Of a DNA stretch of 64,000 bases, positions 33,161 through 42,510 are shown piece by piece. The DNA is taken from NCBI GenBank assembly GCA_017416145.1, contig JAFQDD010000010.1, forward strand, positions 93,036 to 157,035, given 5' to 3'. The translations under genes and the position numbers were made by a program. Below the pieces are notes generated by a model, which was given only the letters and a program-made list of their open reading frames with translations, was not told the DNA's origin and made no database searches. This DNA comes from Spirochaetaceae bacterium (GTDB taxonomy: Bacteria > Spirochaetota > Spirochaetia > Treponematales > Treponemataceae). How positions within the stretch are numbered: the stretch's first letter is position 1; each line of letters opens with the position of its first letter.

Positions 33161-34834
33161 ATGAATGGTATTGTAATTATGGTTATTTCCATAGTTGTTC
33201 TCGTTGGAGCTTATCTACTTTATGGACGTTACCTTGCTAAAAAGTGGGGAATTGATCCAAAAGCAAAAACTCCTGCTTACGAAATGGAAGATGGTGTTGA
33301 TTATGTCCCAACTGACAAGGGGGTTGTCTTCGGACATCAATTTGCTTCAATTGCTGGAGCTGGTCCAATTAACGGGCCAATTCAAGCTGCGGTTTTTGGC
33401 TGGGTTCCTGTTCTTTTGTGGTTGTTAATTGGTGGCGTTTTCTTTGGTGCAGTTCAAGATTTTTCTGCTATGTACGCATCTGTAAAAAACAAAGGTCGTA
33501 CAATTGGTTATATTATCGAAAAATATATTGGTAAAGTTGGTAAAAAACTTTTCTTAGCTTTTACTTGGTTGTTTTCAATTTTAGTTGTAGCTGCCTTTGC
33601 TGATGTTGTTGCAAAAACTTTTAATGGTTTTGATGCAGCTGGTGCAGTTGTTCCTGCAAATGGTTCTGTAGCAATGACTAGTGTGCTTTTTATTGCTGCT
33701 GCTGTTCTTTTAGGATTTATCATCAAATATGCAAAACTTAACACTTGGGTAAACACAGTTATTGCTGTTGGCTTATTGGTTTTAACTATTGTTTTAGGAT
33801 TAAATTTTCCAATTTATGTTTCTTTGGGCTCTTGGCATATAATGATTTTCGTTTATATCGCTGTTGCATCAATTGTTCCAGTTTGGGCTTTGCTTCAACC
33901 TCGTGATTATTTGAACAGTTACTTGCTTGTTGCAATGATTGTGGCTGCTGTTGTTGGTATTTTTGCTTACAATCCTGCTATGAACTTAAACGCTTTTAAC
34001 GGCTGGAAAGTTGGGGGAAATACTTTGTTCCCTTACTTGTTTGTTACAATTGCTTGTGGTGCAGTTTCTGGTTTCCACGCTCTTGTTTCATCTGGAACAG
34101 CTTCAAAACAAATCAAAAACGAAAAAGATATGTTACCTGTTTCTTTCGGAGCAATGCTTATGGAAAGTTTGCTTGGTGTTGTTGCCCTTGTAACAGTTGG
34201 ATTCCTTGCAACAAAAGGAAATGTGCCAACAAATATGACACAACCTCAAGTTTTTGCAAATGCTATTGCAATTTTCTTAACAAAACTTTCTATTCCAGAA
34301 GATGTTTCTAGAACACTTATCACTCTTGCAGTTTCTGCCTTTGCTCTAACAAGTTTAGACAGTGTTGCTCGTGTTGGTCGTCTTGCTTTCCAAGAATTTT
34401 TTATTGATAGCGAAAAAGAAGAAAAAGACTACAATATGGTAGAAAAGGTTTGTACAAACAAATATTTTGCAACAGGTATCACTTTGGTTTTGGCATACGT
34501 TTTGGCAAAAGTTGGATACGCAAGTATTTGGCCATTATTCGGCTCTGCAAACCAATTATTAAGTGCTTTAGCTTTGATTGCTTGTGCCGTTTTCTTTAAA
34601 TCTACAAAACGACAAGGCTGGATGCTTTGGGTTCCAATGATAATTATGCTTGTTGTAACTTTAGTTGCTTTAACTTTGACCATTGTTTCTAAAACACAGC
34701 TTTTAGTTGCCGGAACATCAGCAAATATAGTTGGCGACGGCTTACAACTAACTTTTGCTGTGGCACTTTTCGCCCTTGGAGTAACTGTTGCTTTCCAAGG
34801 CTTAAAGAAAATGCTTCAAAAACAAAACGCTTAA
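33161..34834 (+). CDS. cstA: Carbon starvation protein A (peptide/pyruvate transporter family)
   Basis: This 557-aa polytopic membrane protein has N-terminal ...YGRYLAKKWGIDP...DYVPT...FGHQFASIAGAGPINGP, typical of CstA. Confidence 0.88.
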   Translation: MNGIVIMVISIVVLVGAYLLYGRYLAKKWGIDPKAKTPAYEMEDGVDYVPTDKGVVFGHQFASIAGAGPINGPIQAAVFGWVPVLLWLLIGGVFFGAVQDFSAMYASVKNKGRTIGYIIEKYIGKVGKKLFLAFTWLFSILVVAAFADVVAKTFNGFDAAGAVVPANGSVAMTSVLFIAAAVLLGFIIKYAKLNTWVNTVIAVGLLVLTIVLGLNFPIYVSLGSWHIMIFVYIAVASIVPVWALLQPRDYLNSYLLVAMIVAAVVGIFAYNPAMNLNAFNGWKVGGNTLFPYLFVTIACGAVSGFHALVSSGTASKQIKNEKDMLPVSFGAMLMESLLGVVALVTVGFLATKGNVPTNMTQPQVFANAIAIFLTKLSIPEDVSRTLITLAVSAFALTSLDSVARVGRLAFQEFFIDSEKEEKDYNMVEKVCTNKYFATGITLVLAYVLAKVGYASIWPLFGSANQLLSALALIACAVFFKSTKRQGWMLWVPMIIMLVVTLVALTLTIVSKTQLLVAGTSANIVGDGLQLTFAVALFALGVTVAFQGLKKMLQKQNA

Positions 34835-34854
34835 TTAAATCAGGGTTAGCCTTG

Positions 34855-34899
34855 AAAAAAAAGACTGGCTTCATTTATTTGAAGACCAGTCTTTTTTTT
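34855..34899. terminator. Bidirectional intrinsic terminator between convergent cstA and the esterase gene
   Basis: An A-run is followed by AAGACTGGCTTCA...TGAAGACCAGTCTT and a T8 run. Confidence 0.75.
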
Positions 34900-34913
34900 G
34901 TAAAATCTAATGA

Positions 34914-36791
34914 TTAAAAGTATTCTATTATAATAGCGTAAATCCAAATACCTTTATTTGCAGAACCAATGTAATATGTTCCAGCATTTGCTATATCAGC
35001 ACTATTTACTGCAGCTGGAGATGCTTTTGTACTTGCCGCAAATGTTGCAACTGTAGTTTTTGTATCTGCACTAGATACCAATCTCAATTCTCGTTCATCT
35101 TCACCTGATGATTGGGCAACAACAGTTACACGACAAGGACCTTCTGTATCAAAAACCACATAACGACTTGTTCCAAAACTTGCAGAACCACCAAGACTAA
35201 TTCCTGTTGTTACAGAATAATTTACACCATTGTAATCAAAAGAACTTGATTTTGATTTCACATCAACAGCCTTTCCACTAGCTCCAACAATTTTGAATTT
35301 TCCAAAATCCTTTTCTGATGTAATTGTTTCAACTGAAAATCCTTCTGTATTTAGAATAACAGTTTTTGATGCTTTTGGTCTTAGAGAATCAATCATTGCT
35401 TTTACAGCTTCTTCATATTCTTCAAGTTTTGCAAAGTTTGTTACTTGTGGTTTATCATCAACATTTACTTTCAAATATGCTCCACGAGCTTCTTCACATA
35501 GCCCTTGAATTTCCAAATAATTTTCAGCTGTTACTTCACCTTTTGCTACAATTCCTTTGATTAGTTTTACAACATCATCTGGATTTGCGTAAACAACATC
35601 TGTATTTACAATATCCAAAGTTTTCACAAGTCCATTAATTTTCTTTACGAAAGATTTAGAAATCAATGTTGATGGAGCAACTTTTACTGTTGGAACTTTT
35701 AGAATATGATTTGTAAAATTAAAACATTCGCCATTTTCGCAAACAGAATTATCACCCATAATTTTTTCAATTGCCATTGCTGCTGTTAAATAAGCCCCAT
35801 ACTTGTTGTAGTGCGTAGCCTCAACTTTTTCAAAGCCTTCTGCTGTATTACCGTATGTATTATCATAACCACTTGGCCACTGTCCATTTAAATCGTTTGG
35901 AACAATAGCCATAAGATAATTTGCATAAGCCTTAGTTGCAGTTTCTATCATTGATTTTGTACAATCAAATAAGTCTATTAATAAACAATTCTCTTCTTTT
36001 GCTAATTGGCGTACAGCTTCTACGTAAGCAAAATTTTCCCCATGTAATCCAGGACCACTTCTCAAAGTTCCATCAGAATTAAAAGAAACACGAGCAACAG
36101 GAGTTACTAAAACAGGAGTTGCCCCCTTGCTTCGTGCAAAATCAATATATTGTTTTAAGAACCACTTATATGTTCCACCACAATCATAGGAATAATACTC
36201 ACTACCATATTTAGCAATTTCAGTTTCAGCAGCAGCAACACTACTTGCAAAATCTTTTTTGAATTTTTCTGGAAGATGTGTTGTTGGAACTTTTTCTCCA
36301 GGTATTACAGGATAAATGCCATTGGCATCTGGTGTTCCAAGAGGAACCATTCTGTTATACATAGTATTTCCAGATTTTGTATCATCATCATTGTGCCCAA
36401 ATTGGATAAATAAAAAATCTCCAGCTTTTATATCATCTTCAATAGAGCGACCTGCATTTTCACTGAATTTATAAGTGTAAGATGGATTATCGATATTGAA
36501 AAGACGACCTTCGTTAATAAAAGAACGAGTACTTCGACCTCCTTGAGCACAGTTTACAACTTTTATCGTTGAATCAAAGAAATTTCCAAAATACTGCCCC
36601 CATCCAGCAATGTACTGAGCATCAGCATAAGTTTTTACAGTTGAATCTCCTGCTAAAAAAATAGTTGGAGTTGCATCCTTTGAAGAATCTGATAATTTAG
36701 AAACAGTTTCTTGAATTGGTGTGGATGAACATCCAAAAAAACATAGCATTGAAATTAATGCTAAAATACTAGAAAAACATTTCCGTTTCAT
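34914..36791 (-). CDS. Secreted lipoprotein with an SGNH/GDSL hydrolase domain (rhamnogalacturonan acetylesterase-like) and a C-terminal extension
   Basis: A lipobox is present (LCFFGCSS). SGNH blocks are FLAGDSTV, GGRSTRSF and QFGHNDD. Length is 625 aa. Confidence 0.7.
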   Translation of the reverse strand: MKRKCFSSILALISMLCFFGCSSTPIQETVSKLSDSSKDATPTIFLAGDSTVKTYADAQYIAGWGQYFGNFFDSTIKVVNCAQGGRSTRSFINEGRLFNIDNPSYTYKFSENAGRSIEDDIKAGDFLFIQFGHNDDDTKSGNTMYNRMVPLGTPDANGIYPVIPGEKVPTTHLPEKFKKDFASSVAAAETEIAKYGSEYYSYDCGGTYKWFLKQYIDFARSKGATPVLVTPVARVSFNSDGTLRSGPGLHGENFAYVEAVRQLAKEENCLLIDLFDCTKSMIETATKAYANYLMAIVPNDLNGQWPSGYDNTYGNTAEGFEKVEATHYNKYGAYLTAAMAIEKIMGDNSVCENGECFNFTNHILKVPTVKVAPSTLISKSFVKKINGLVKTLDIVNTDVVYANPDDVVKLIKGIVAKGEVTAENYLEIQGLCEEARGAYLKVNVDDKPQVTNFAKLEEYEEAVKAMIDSLRPKASKTVILNTEGFSVETITSEKDFGKFKIVGASGKAVDVKSKSSSFDYNGVNYSVTTGISLGGSASFGTSRYVVFDTEGPCRVTVVAQSSGEDERELRLVSSADTKTTVATFAASTKASPAAVNSADIANAGTYYIGSANKGIWIYAIIIEYF

Positions 36792-36885
36792 TTACTTTCT
36801 CCTCTAATAAATAATTATGAGTTATGATATTAATAATTATCTTACATAAATTTTGAAAATTCCGTTGAAAATTTAGTAAATTTTC

Positions 36886-36919
36886 AAAAAAAAGGCTGTC
36901 TAGCATCCTAGACAACCTT
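36886..36919 (-). terminator. Intrinsic terminator after the TrmH-family gene
   Basis: On the minus strand, AAGGTTGTCTAG-gatg-CTAGACAGCCTT is followed by a T8 run. Confidence 0.65.
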
Positions 36920-36978
36920 TCTCAAAAGACAATTTCTCCAAAACTCGATTTTTTCCGAATTCTGAAAATCCCTTAAAC

Positions 36979-37737
36979 CTATTTAGAAACTTCGTACAAA
37001 ATAATTGCCGCAGCTTGAGCCACGTTTAAGCTTTCCATATTTTGCATCTTTGTTGGAATTGTTACCAAATATTGGCAATTTTCCCGAACTTCATCAGAAA
37101 TTCCGTGTTCTTCGTTTCCCATCACAATGATGCAAGGCTTTTTCTCTTTTTTGCACAAGGGAGCAATTTCACTAATTGGCATTTTTCCCCTTACATCAGT
37201 GCCAAAACACAAGATTTTGTCCTTCACATCACTTAGCAAATGGCTTATTGAAGAAACAGAAAACATATTCACTTTTTCCATTCCCCCTTGTGCCACCCGA
37301 TAAGAACTTGTGGTAATACTAGATTGTGCTTCATCCACAGGAATAATGATATTTTTCATCCCAAAAAATGCAGCCGAACGAATAATAGCTCCAAGATTGT
37401 TAGCATTTCCAACCCTATCCATCAACAAAGCACTTTCGCCTCTTTCTATCCACCCATTTACAATTGTGTTAGTTAATGGTGTGATTTCAGGCTGAGGAAT
37501 CATTGCCACAACCCCTTGATGATGAACACTTCCGCAAAGTTTTTCTAGTTCTTTTCCATCCTGCACAAGATTGTAAGGAACTTTTTTCGCAGCCAACTTT
37601 TTGCAAAGCCCACCGAAAAGCGGTGCCCGATCCGCAGTAAAATAAAGCCTCTGAATCATTTCAAAATTATTTTTTTCTAAAGCCTTTACCGCTTCAAATC
37701 CACAAACCGCAAGTTCTTTGTTTTTCTTATTTTTCAT
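36979..37737 (-). CDS. TrmH/SpoU-family RNA 2'-O-methyltransferase (RlmB-like)
   Basis: The 252-aa ORF has SpoU motifs (NLGAIIRSA, GNEEHGIS, ESLNVAQAAAI). Confidence 0.75.
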   Translation of the reverse strand: MKNKKNKELAVCGFEAVKALEKNNFEMIQRLYFTADRAPLFGGLCKKLAAKKVPYNLVQDGKELEKLCGSVHHQGVVAMIPQPEITPLTNTIVNGWIERGESALLMDRVGNANNLGAIIRSAAFFGMKNIIIPVDEAQSSITTSSYRVAQGGMEKVNMFSVSSISHLLSDVKDKILCFGTDVRGKMPISEIAPLCKKEKKPCIIVMGNEEHGISDEVRENCQYLVTIPTKMQNMESLNVAQAAAIILYEVSK

Positions 37738-37767
37738 AGTTTCCTTTCACGCTTTTACGCAAACCTT

Positions 37768-38691
37768 TTACGCAAAAACTCCCGTCGAAATATAGCGTTC
37801 ACCATTGTCCGGAAGAAGTGTTACAATCAATTTTCCTTCGTTTTCTGGACGCTGTGCAAGTTTTTTCGCTGCCACCACCGCAGCTCCAGAAGAAATACCC
37901 ACCAAAATTCCTTCTTCAGAAAGTTCCTTGGTTTGAGCATAAGCTTCTTCATCACCCACAGTAATCACTTCATCAATAATATTTTTATCCAAAGTTTCAG
38001 GAATAAAGTTTGCTCCAATTCCCTGTAAACCGTGAGGAGCTGCTTGTCCCCCGCTTAGCAAAGGAGATTTTTCTGGTTCAACAGCCACTACTTTAATATT
38101 TGGATTCATCTTTTTCAAGTATTTTCCAGTGCCAGACAAAGTTCCACCGGTTCCAACACCAGCCACAAAAATATCAACCTTTTCCTCTGTGTCTTTCCAG
38201 ATTTCAGGTCCAGTTGTTTCAAAATGTGCCTTTGGATTCACAGGATTTGTAAATTGCCCAGGAATATAACTGTTTGGAATTGATGCCGCAAGTTCATTTG
38301 CCTTATCAATGGCGCCCTTCATTCCAAGTTTTCCATCAGTTAAAACAATTTCAGCTCCATAAGCCTTTAACAAATCTTGTCGTTCTTTGCTCATTGTGTC
38401 TGGCATTGTTAAAATCGTTCTCATTCCAAAAGTTCCGCAAACAAAAGCAAGACCAATACCAGTATTCCCACTAGTTGGCTCAATAATTACAGAATCTCGA
38501 TCAATTTTTCCCTTTTGGATGGCATCCAAAATCATAGCTTTTGCAATTCTATCTTTTGCACTTCCCGCTGGATTAAAATATTCAAGTTTTGCACAAAGAC
38601 GAGCCTTTAGCCCATACTTTTTTTCCAACCGAACCAATTCTACAGTAGGAGTATACCCTACCAAATCAATAATGGATTTAACAATTTTCAT
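37768..38691 (-). CDS. cysK: Cysteine synthase A (O-acetylserine sulfhydrylase)
   Basis: The PLP-lysine region (NPAGSAKDR), TSGNTGIGLA and GVGTGGT motifs are present. Confidence 0.9.
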   Translation of the reverse strand: MKIVKSIIDLVGYTPTVELVRLEKKYGLKARLCAKLEYFNPAGSAKDRIAKAMILDAIQKGKIDRDSVIIEPTSGNTGIGLAFVCGTFGMRTILTMPDTMSKERQDLLKAYGAEIVLTDGKLGMKGAIDKANELAASIPNSYIPGQFTNPVNPKAHFETTGPEIWKDTEEKVDIFVAGVGTGGTLSGTGKYLKKMNPNIKVVAVEPEKSPLLSGGQAAPHGLQGIGANFIPETLDKNIIDEVITVGDEEAYAQTKELSEEGILVGISSGAAVVAAKKLAQRPENEGKLIVTLLPDNGERYISTGVFA

Positions 38692-38743
38692 AACTAAAAT
38701 TTAACTAATAGATTTTAATCTGTCAACGTGATAATATAATCTT

Positions 38744-39148
38744 ATGGATAATAACTCAAAATTTTACGCTGATATTCAGCGAATTCTAAAATACGACAGA
38801 GCCAACAACAACGGCAACTTTAACCCAGAACGAGCTTGTAAAGAAATTGGAAACCGCTTTGCATCTTCATACAAAAATTTTGGGGCTTTGCCAGAAGGTA
38901 TTTCCCAATATTGGCTAGAAAACAAAGTTCTTTCATCAAGTGATATTAGCCAAGAACCAACAGAAGACACCATCAACTGGATTTTAGATGCCGACGATTT
39001 TCTTTCCGCCGAAAAAGACAAAACCTACTGCTTTTCAAAAACAGACTGGGAGGAAATCCGAGACCTTGTAAACGCCGAAGCCTGTGACTTAGACATAAAC
39101 CTACTTTCAGATTTAATGTCTATCATCGTAGAAAACGGCGCCTTGTAG
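38744..39148 (+). CDS. Hypothetical protein (134 aa, acidic)
   Basis: The call rests on the ORF only. No motif was recognised. Confidence 0.4.
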   Translation: MDNNSKFYADIQRILKYDRANNNGNFNPERACKEIGNRFASSYKNFGALPEGISQYWLENKVLSSSDISQEPTEDTINWILDADDFLSAEKDKTYCFSKTDWEEIRDLVNAEACDLDINLLSDLMSIIVENGAL

Positions 39149-39152
39149 AGGC

Positions 39153-39236
39153 AAATGCCACACGGATTTGTTCAGGACTAACGTCCTTCTCCTAGTGCCT
39201 CCACCCAGAGCAAGTGCAAATCCCCGTATGACAAAA
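39153..39236 (+). repeat. Dispersed repeat copy (GGACTAACGTCC family)
   Basis: The sequence tgccacacggatttgttcaggactaacgtccttc... matches the reverse complement of 32868..32905 nearly base for base. Weaker similarity continues for about 45 nt more. Confidence 0.65.
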
Positions 39237-39258
39237 ACTTCAAAAAAAAGGACACAGA

Positions 39259-40278
39259 ATGGACGCCTACAAATCCTGCACCCTTTGCCCAAGAAATTGC
39301 AAAATAGACAGAACTCAAGGCAAAACCGGCTTTTGCAAAGAAACAGACCAACTTCGCTTAGCTGTTGCCTGTCTCCACTTTGGCGAAGAGCCACCTATCA
39401 CCGTAAACAACGGCTCTGGCACTATCTTTGTAACAGGCTGCAACCTTCGCTGTGCCTTTTGCCAAAACTACCAAATATCCCAATGCGGCATGGGAAAAGC
39501 TCTTAATATAGAAGAAACTGTTCAAATTTTCTTCAAGCTAAAAGAACAGGGTGCCGAAAACATCAACATTGTAACAGGAAGCCACGCCATTCCATTTTTC
39601 GCAAAAGCCATAAAACAAGCAAAAGACGCCGGACTTGACCTACCAATTTGCTGGAACTGTTCCGCCTACGAATCAGTAGAAGCCTTAGAAATGCTAAAAG
39701 GCCTTGTAGACATTTGGCTTCCAGACCTAAAAACCCTAAACCCAATGATGTCCGAAGCCGTTTTCAAAGCCGCCGATTATCCAGCCGCCGCAAAAAAAGC
39801 CATACGCTGGATGATAAAAAACACAAAATCCCGCTTCATCACCGTAAAAGACAAAACAGATCCAACCCAAACAAACGAAAAAATGCTTTCCGGTGTAATA
39901 ATCCGACACTTAGTTATGCCAGGTCGTCTAGACGACACTACACTCACCCTAGACTGGCTTGAAAAAATGACCACCCTAAACCCAGAAAACACACCCTGCA
40001 TCAGCCTAATGATGCAATACACCCCCGTTTCTGTGGATAAATCCCTTTTCACAGCCCAAGAGCTTCAGCAACGAGAAACCGCCCTTGCCGCCTTTAGTAA
40101 CCGCCTAATCACAAAAGAGGAGTTTCAAAAAGCCCAAGAGCTAATCCAAGAGCACAACTTTGAATACCTTTTCTACCAAGAATTAGAAGAAGACACCGAA
40201 TGGCTCCCAGACTTTACTCGTCCCCAGCCATTTTCCAACGAACTGGCAAAAGTAGTTTGGCATTGGACGGCAAAATAA
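39259..40278 (+). CDS. Radical SAM protein (PflX/pyruvate formate-lyase activase-like family)
   Basis: An N-terminal CPRNCKIDR...GFC motif and the radical-SAM motif CNLRCAFCQN are present. Length is 339 aa. Confidence 0.7.
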   Translation: MDAYKSCTLCPRNCKIDRTQGKTGFCKETDQLRLAVACLHFGEEPPITVNNGSGTIFVTGCNLRCAFCQNYQISQCGMGKALNIEETVQIFFKLKEQGAENINIVTGSHAIPFFAKAIKQAKDAGLDLPICWNCSAYESVEALEMLKGLVDIWLPDLKTLNPMMSEAVFKAADYPAAAKKAIRWMIKNTKSRFITVKDKTDPTQTNEKMLSGVIIRHLVMPGRLDDTTLTLDWLEKMTTLNPENTPCISLMMQYTPVSVDKSLFTAQELQQRETALAAFSNRLITKEEFQKAQELIQEHNFEYLFYQELEEDTEWLPDFTRPQPFSNELAKVVWHWTAK

Positions 40279-40340
40279 TGGAAGAGCGTATAAAATGGTG
40301 CAAAACCCGACAAATCACGCAAATTGAACTATTCATTAAA

Positions 40341-41267
40341 CTAAAATTCAATTTTCGCAGACCATTTTTTTAGAATTTCAGTAGGATAATAGGACATTTT
40401 TGCTTTTCTCAAACCAGAAATTCCTAAATCCTCTTCTCTATTAAAGAACAAAGTATTTTGAGTTTTCGCGAATTCACGATTTATAAAACTATACGCCCCT
40501 TCAAAAGCATAAGGCATAATCGCTTTTTCGAAATGAATATCCATAATCTTTGAATTTAGAGAGGATGCCACAGTCATTGCAACTGGTTTTTCATCAACAA
40601 AAACAATTCCACCAAATAGATTCAAAACCTCAAAATTTTCTAAAGCTTCTTTTATTATAGAATATTCTTGATTCAAACTTTTAGAAGATTCACCCTGATT
40701 ATTTGCAGCCTCTAGCCAAAGTTGCTCCACTTCCCAAGCATAACCCACATTTTCCTTTGAAAGTACTTGAAAACACCCTTGAGGAAAACTTCGCAAAAAT
40801 CTAGAAATATGATTTCGTTTTTTTTGATATTTAGAACCTTCTAAAACAGCAAGATTTTCACGAAGATAAATGTAATCAAAACTATCTTCTTGAATTTTTT
40901 CTTTTACTTTGTGTTGATATTTTGATTTTAGCAATTTTAAATCATTTTCATAAACATAAGCAAAATCTATAGAACCTTTTTCCAAATTTTCAGATATTAA
41001 CAAATCAATTCCATCAAGGATTTTCTGATTTTTTGTGATTTCAGACGCAATTGATTCTAAAGCAAGAGGAATCCCATACCAAATTTGATTGTCAATGCTG
41101 TATCTTCGAAAAAGCATATTATCAAAGAATGCAATTTGAGTATTATATTTTTTTCTATACAAAAACAAATTAGCAGCACACATTTCATTGCCAAATTGAT
41201 TATTGATTTCTGCTGCGTTTTTTATTTTACTTAAATCAGATAACGAAGGGCTCTTCCAATCAAACAT
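40341..41267 (-). CDS. DUF2156-like protein (aminoacyl-phosphatidylglycerol synthase C-terminal-like fold)
   Basis: The 308-aa ORF has an N-terminal ...ANLFLYRKKYNTQIAFFDNMLFRRY pattern reminiscent of DUF2156. The assignment is tentative. Confidence 0.45.
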   Translation of the reverse strand: MFDWKSPSLSDLSKIKNAAEINNQFGNEMCAANLFLYRKKYNTQIAFFDNMLFRRYSIDNQIWYGIPLALESIASEITKNQKILDGIDLLISENLEKGSIDFAYVYENDLKLLKSKYQHKVKEKIQEDSFDYIYLRENLAVLEGSKYQKKRNHISRFLRSFPQGCFQVLSKENVGYAWEVEQLWLEAANNQGESSKSLNQEYSIIKEALENFEVLNLFGGIVFVDEKPVAMTVASSLNSKIMDIHFEKAIMPYAFEGAYSFINREFAKTQNTLFFNREEDLGISGLRKAKMSYYPTEILKKWSAKIEF

Positions 41268-41501
41268 TTTATTCCTAATATATAATTTAATACTAATAAT
41301 CTATATAATTTTTTTGCCTACTGTCTAGTATTTCAATTCATAGGAAAATTAAATTTCTAAAATCCATTTTTTAGACAATTCGTCGCCAATCCCCATCACA
41401 ATCCCCAGATTCCCCCAAAATCCTCAAAGTCTTTCCCAAAACCAACCACAAAAACTATAAAAGACTTGACATATTCCCTTTTTTTCTTGATATTTAAACC
41501 T

Positions 41502-42086
41502 ATGAAAACTGCTGACAAATATACTATGGTTCGAATCATTTTTGCACCAATTTTTTACTTTCTATATATGATTCCAGTTTGGACAGGACATGGAAACTTT
41601 TTAACAGCTTGTATTATGCTTCCACTTCTCGGATTTGCAGAATTTACAGATTTTTTAGATGGTTTTTATGCACGAAAAGAAAATGCCGTAAGTGATTTTG
41701 GAAAACTTTTCGATCCATTTGCAGATGTTATTCTTCATCTTACAGCAATGTTTTGCTACGTTCAAACAGGATATATGCCAATGGCATTTTTGCTTTTGAT
41801 TTTCATCCGAGAATACAGTATGCTTTTCATTCGCCTAATGGCTGTAAAACAGGGCGTTGCAATTGGTGCTAGAAAAGGTGGCAAATTCAAAACCGTATTA
41901 TATGTTGGAGCAAGTATTTTTACACTAGGAATCGAAAGCCTTATTCGCTTAGGAATTAACCTTGGAAACGCTCTTCCAGTTTTGAAAATTATCAGTCTAG
42001 TACTTTTCGCCATAGGTTTAGTTGCTTCATACACATCTTTTGCCGATTACCTAATAAACTACAAAAAGATTGTATCAAAAAATTAA
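41502..42086 (+). CDS. pgsA: CDP-alcohol phosphatidyltransferase (phosphatidylglycerophosphate synthase-like)
   Basis: The motif DFLDGFYARKENAVSDFGKLFDPFAD matches D(x)2DG(x)2AR...G(x)3D(x)3D. The ATG at 41502 is preferred over the TTG at 41466. Confidence 0.75.
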   Translation: MKTADKYTMVRIIFAPIFYFLYMIPVWTGHGNFLTACIMLPLLGFAEFTDFLDGFYARKENAVSDFGKLFDPFADVILHLTAMFCYVQTGYMPMAFLLLIFIREYSMLFIRLMAVKQGVAIGARKGGKFKTVLYVGASIFTLGIESLIRLGINLGNALPVLKIISLVLFAIGLVASYTSFADYLINYKKIVSKN

Positions 42087-42169
42087 ACCAATTTCACAAA
42101 ACAAGCCCAGCTTTTCCACAGCTTGTTTTCCCCCTTAGACATTATCAGTTTTTTACTATTTATACACAA

Positions 42170-42211
42170 GAAACCCCGAGTTGCTCACCGAGCCCCTCGG
42201 GGTTTCTTTTT
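42170..42211. terminator. Strong hairpin terminator between convergent pgsA and the small membrane protein gene
   Basis: GAAACCCCGAG...CTCGGGGTTTC (11-bp stem) is followed by a T5 run. Confidence 0.7.
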
Positions 42212-42228
42212 AATTAGTTCACAATCAA

Positions 42229-42447
42229 TTAGAACAATCTTAGAATTGAACCTTTGAAAATCATCATAATTAAGTCAAGAATATAAATAATATTCCAACC
42301 TAATAGAAGACGTAAAACACCAGCTAGAACTTTTCCTTCTTTGAATCGTGTAACAAATCCGAACAACCAAGATGTTACAGGGATAATAGCGAAAATAATG
42401 CTAATTAAACGACCCATTCCAAAATAATCTTTACCTTTCTTTGCCAT
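42229..42447 (-). CDS. Small membrane protein (about 72 aa, two TM helices)
   Basis: GAGGAG lies 8 nt upstream of the ATG (MAKKGKDY...). The core is hydrophobic. Confidence 0.5.
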   Translation of the reverse strand: MAKKGKDYFGMGRLISIIFAIIPVTSWLFGFVTRFKEGKVLAGVLRLLLGWNIIYILDLIMMIFKGSILRLF

Positions 42448-42510
42448 AATAATCTCCTCTTTCAGCAAAATAATTTATAAAAACTGCCCAATGTCAGCAA
42501 TTTTTTTATT

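Noticed and set aside
39113-39506. ORFs 39113..39394 (-) and 39168..39506 (+), Arg/Lys-rich
   Set aside because: They overlap the dispersed repeat copy and the 5' end of the well-supported radical SAM gene in other frames. Their composition is typical of out-of-frame translation.
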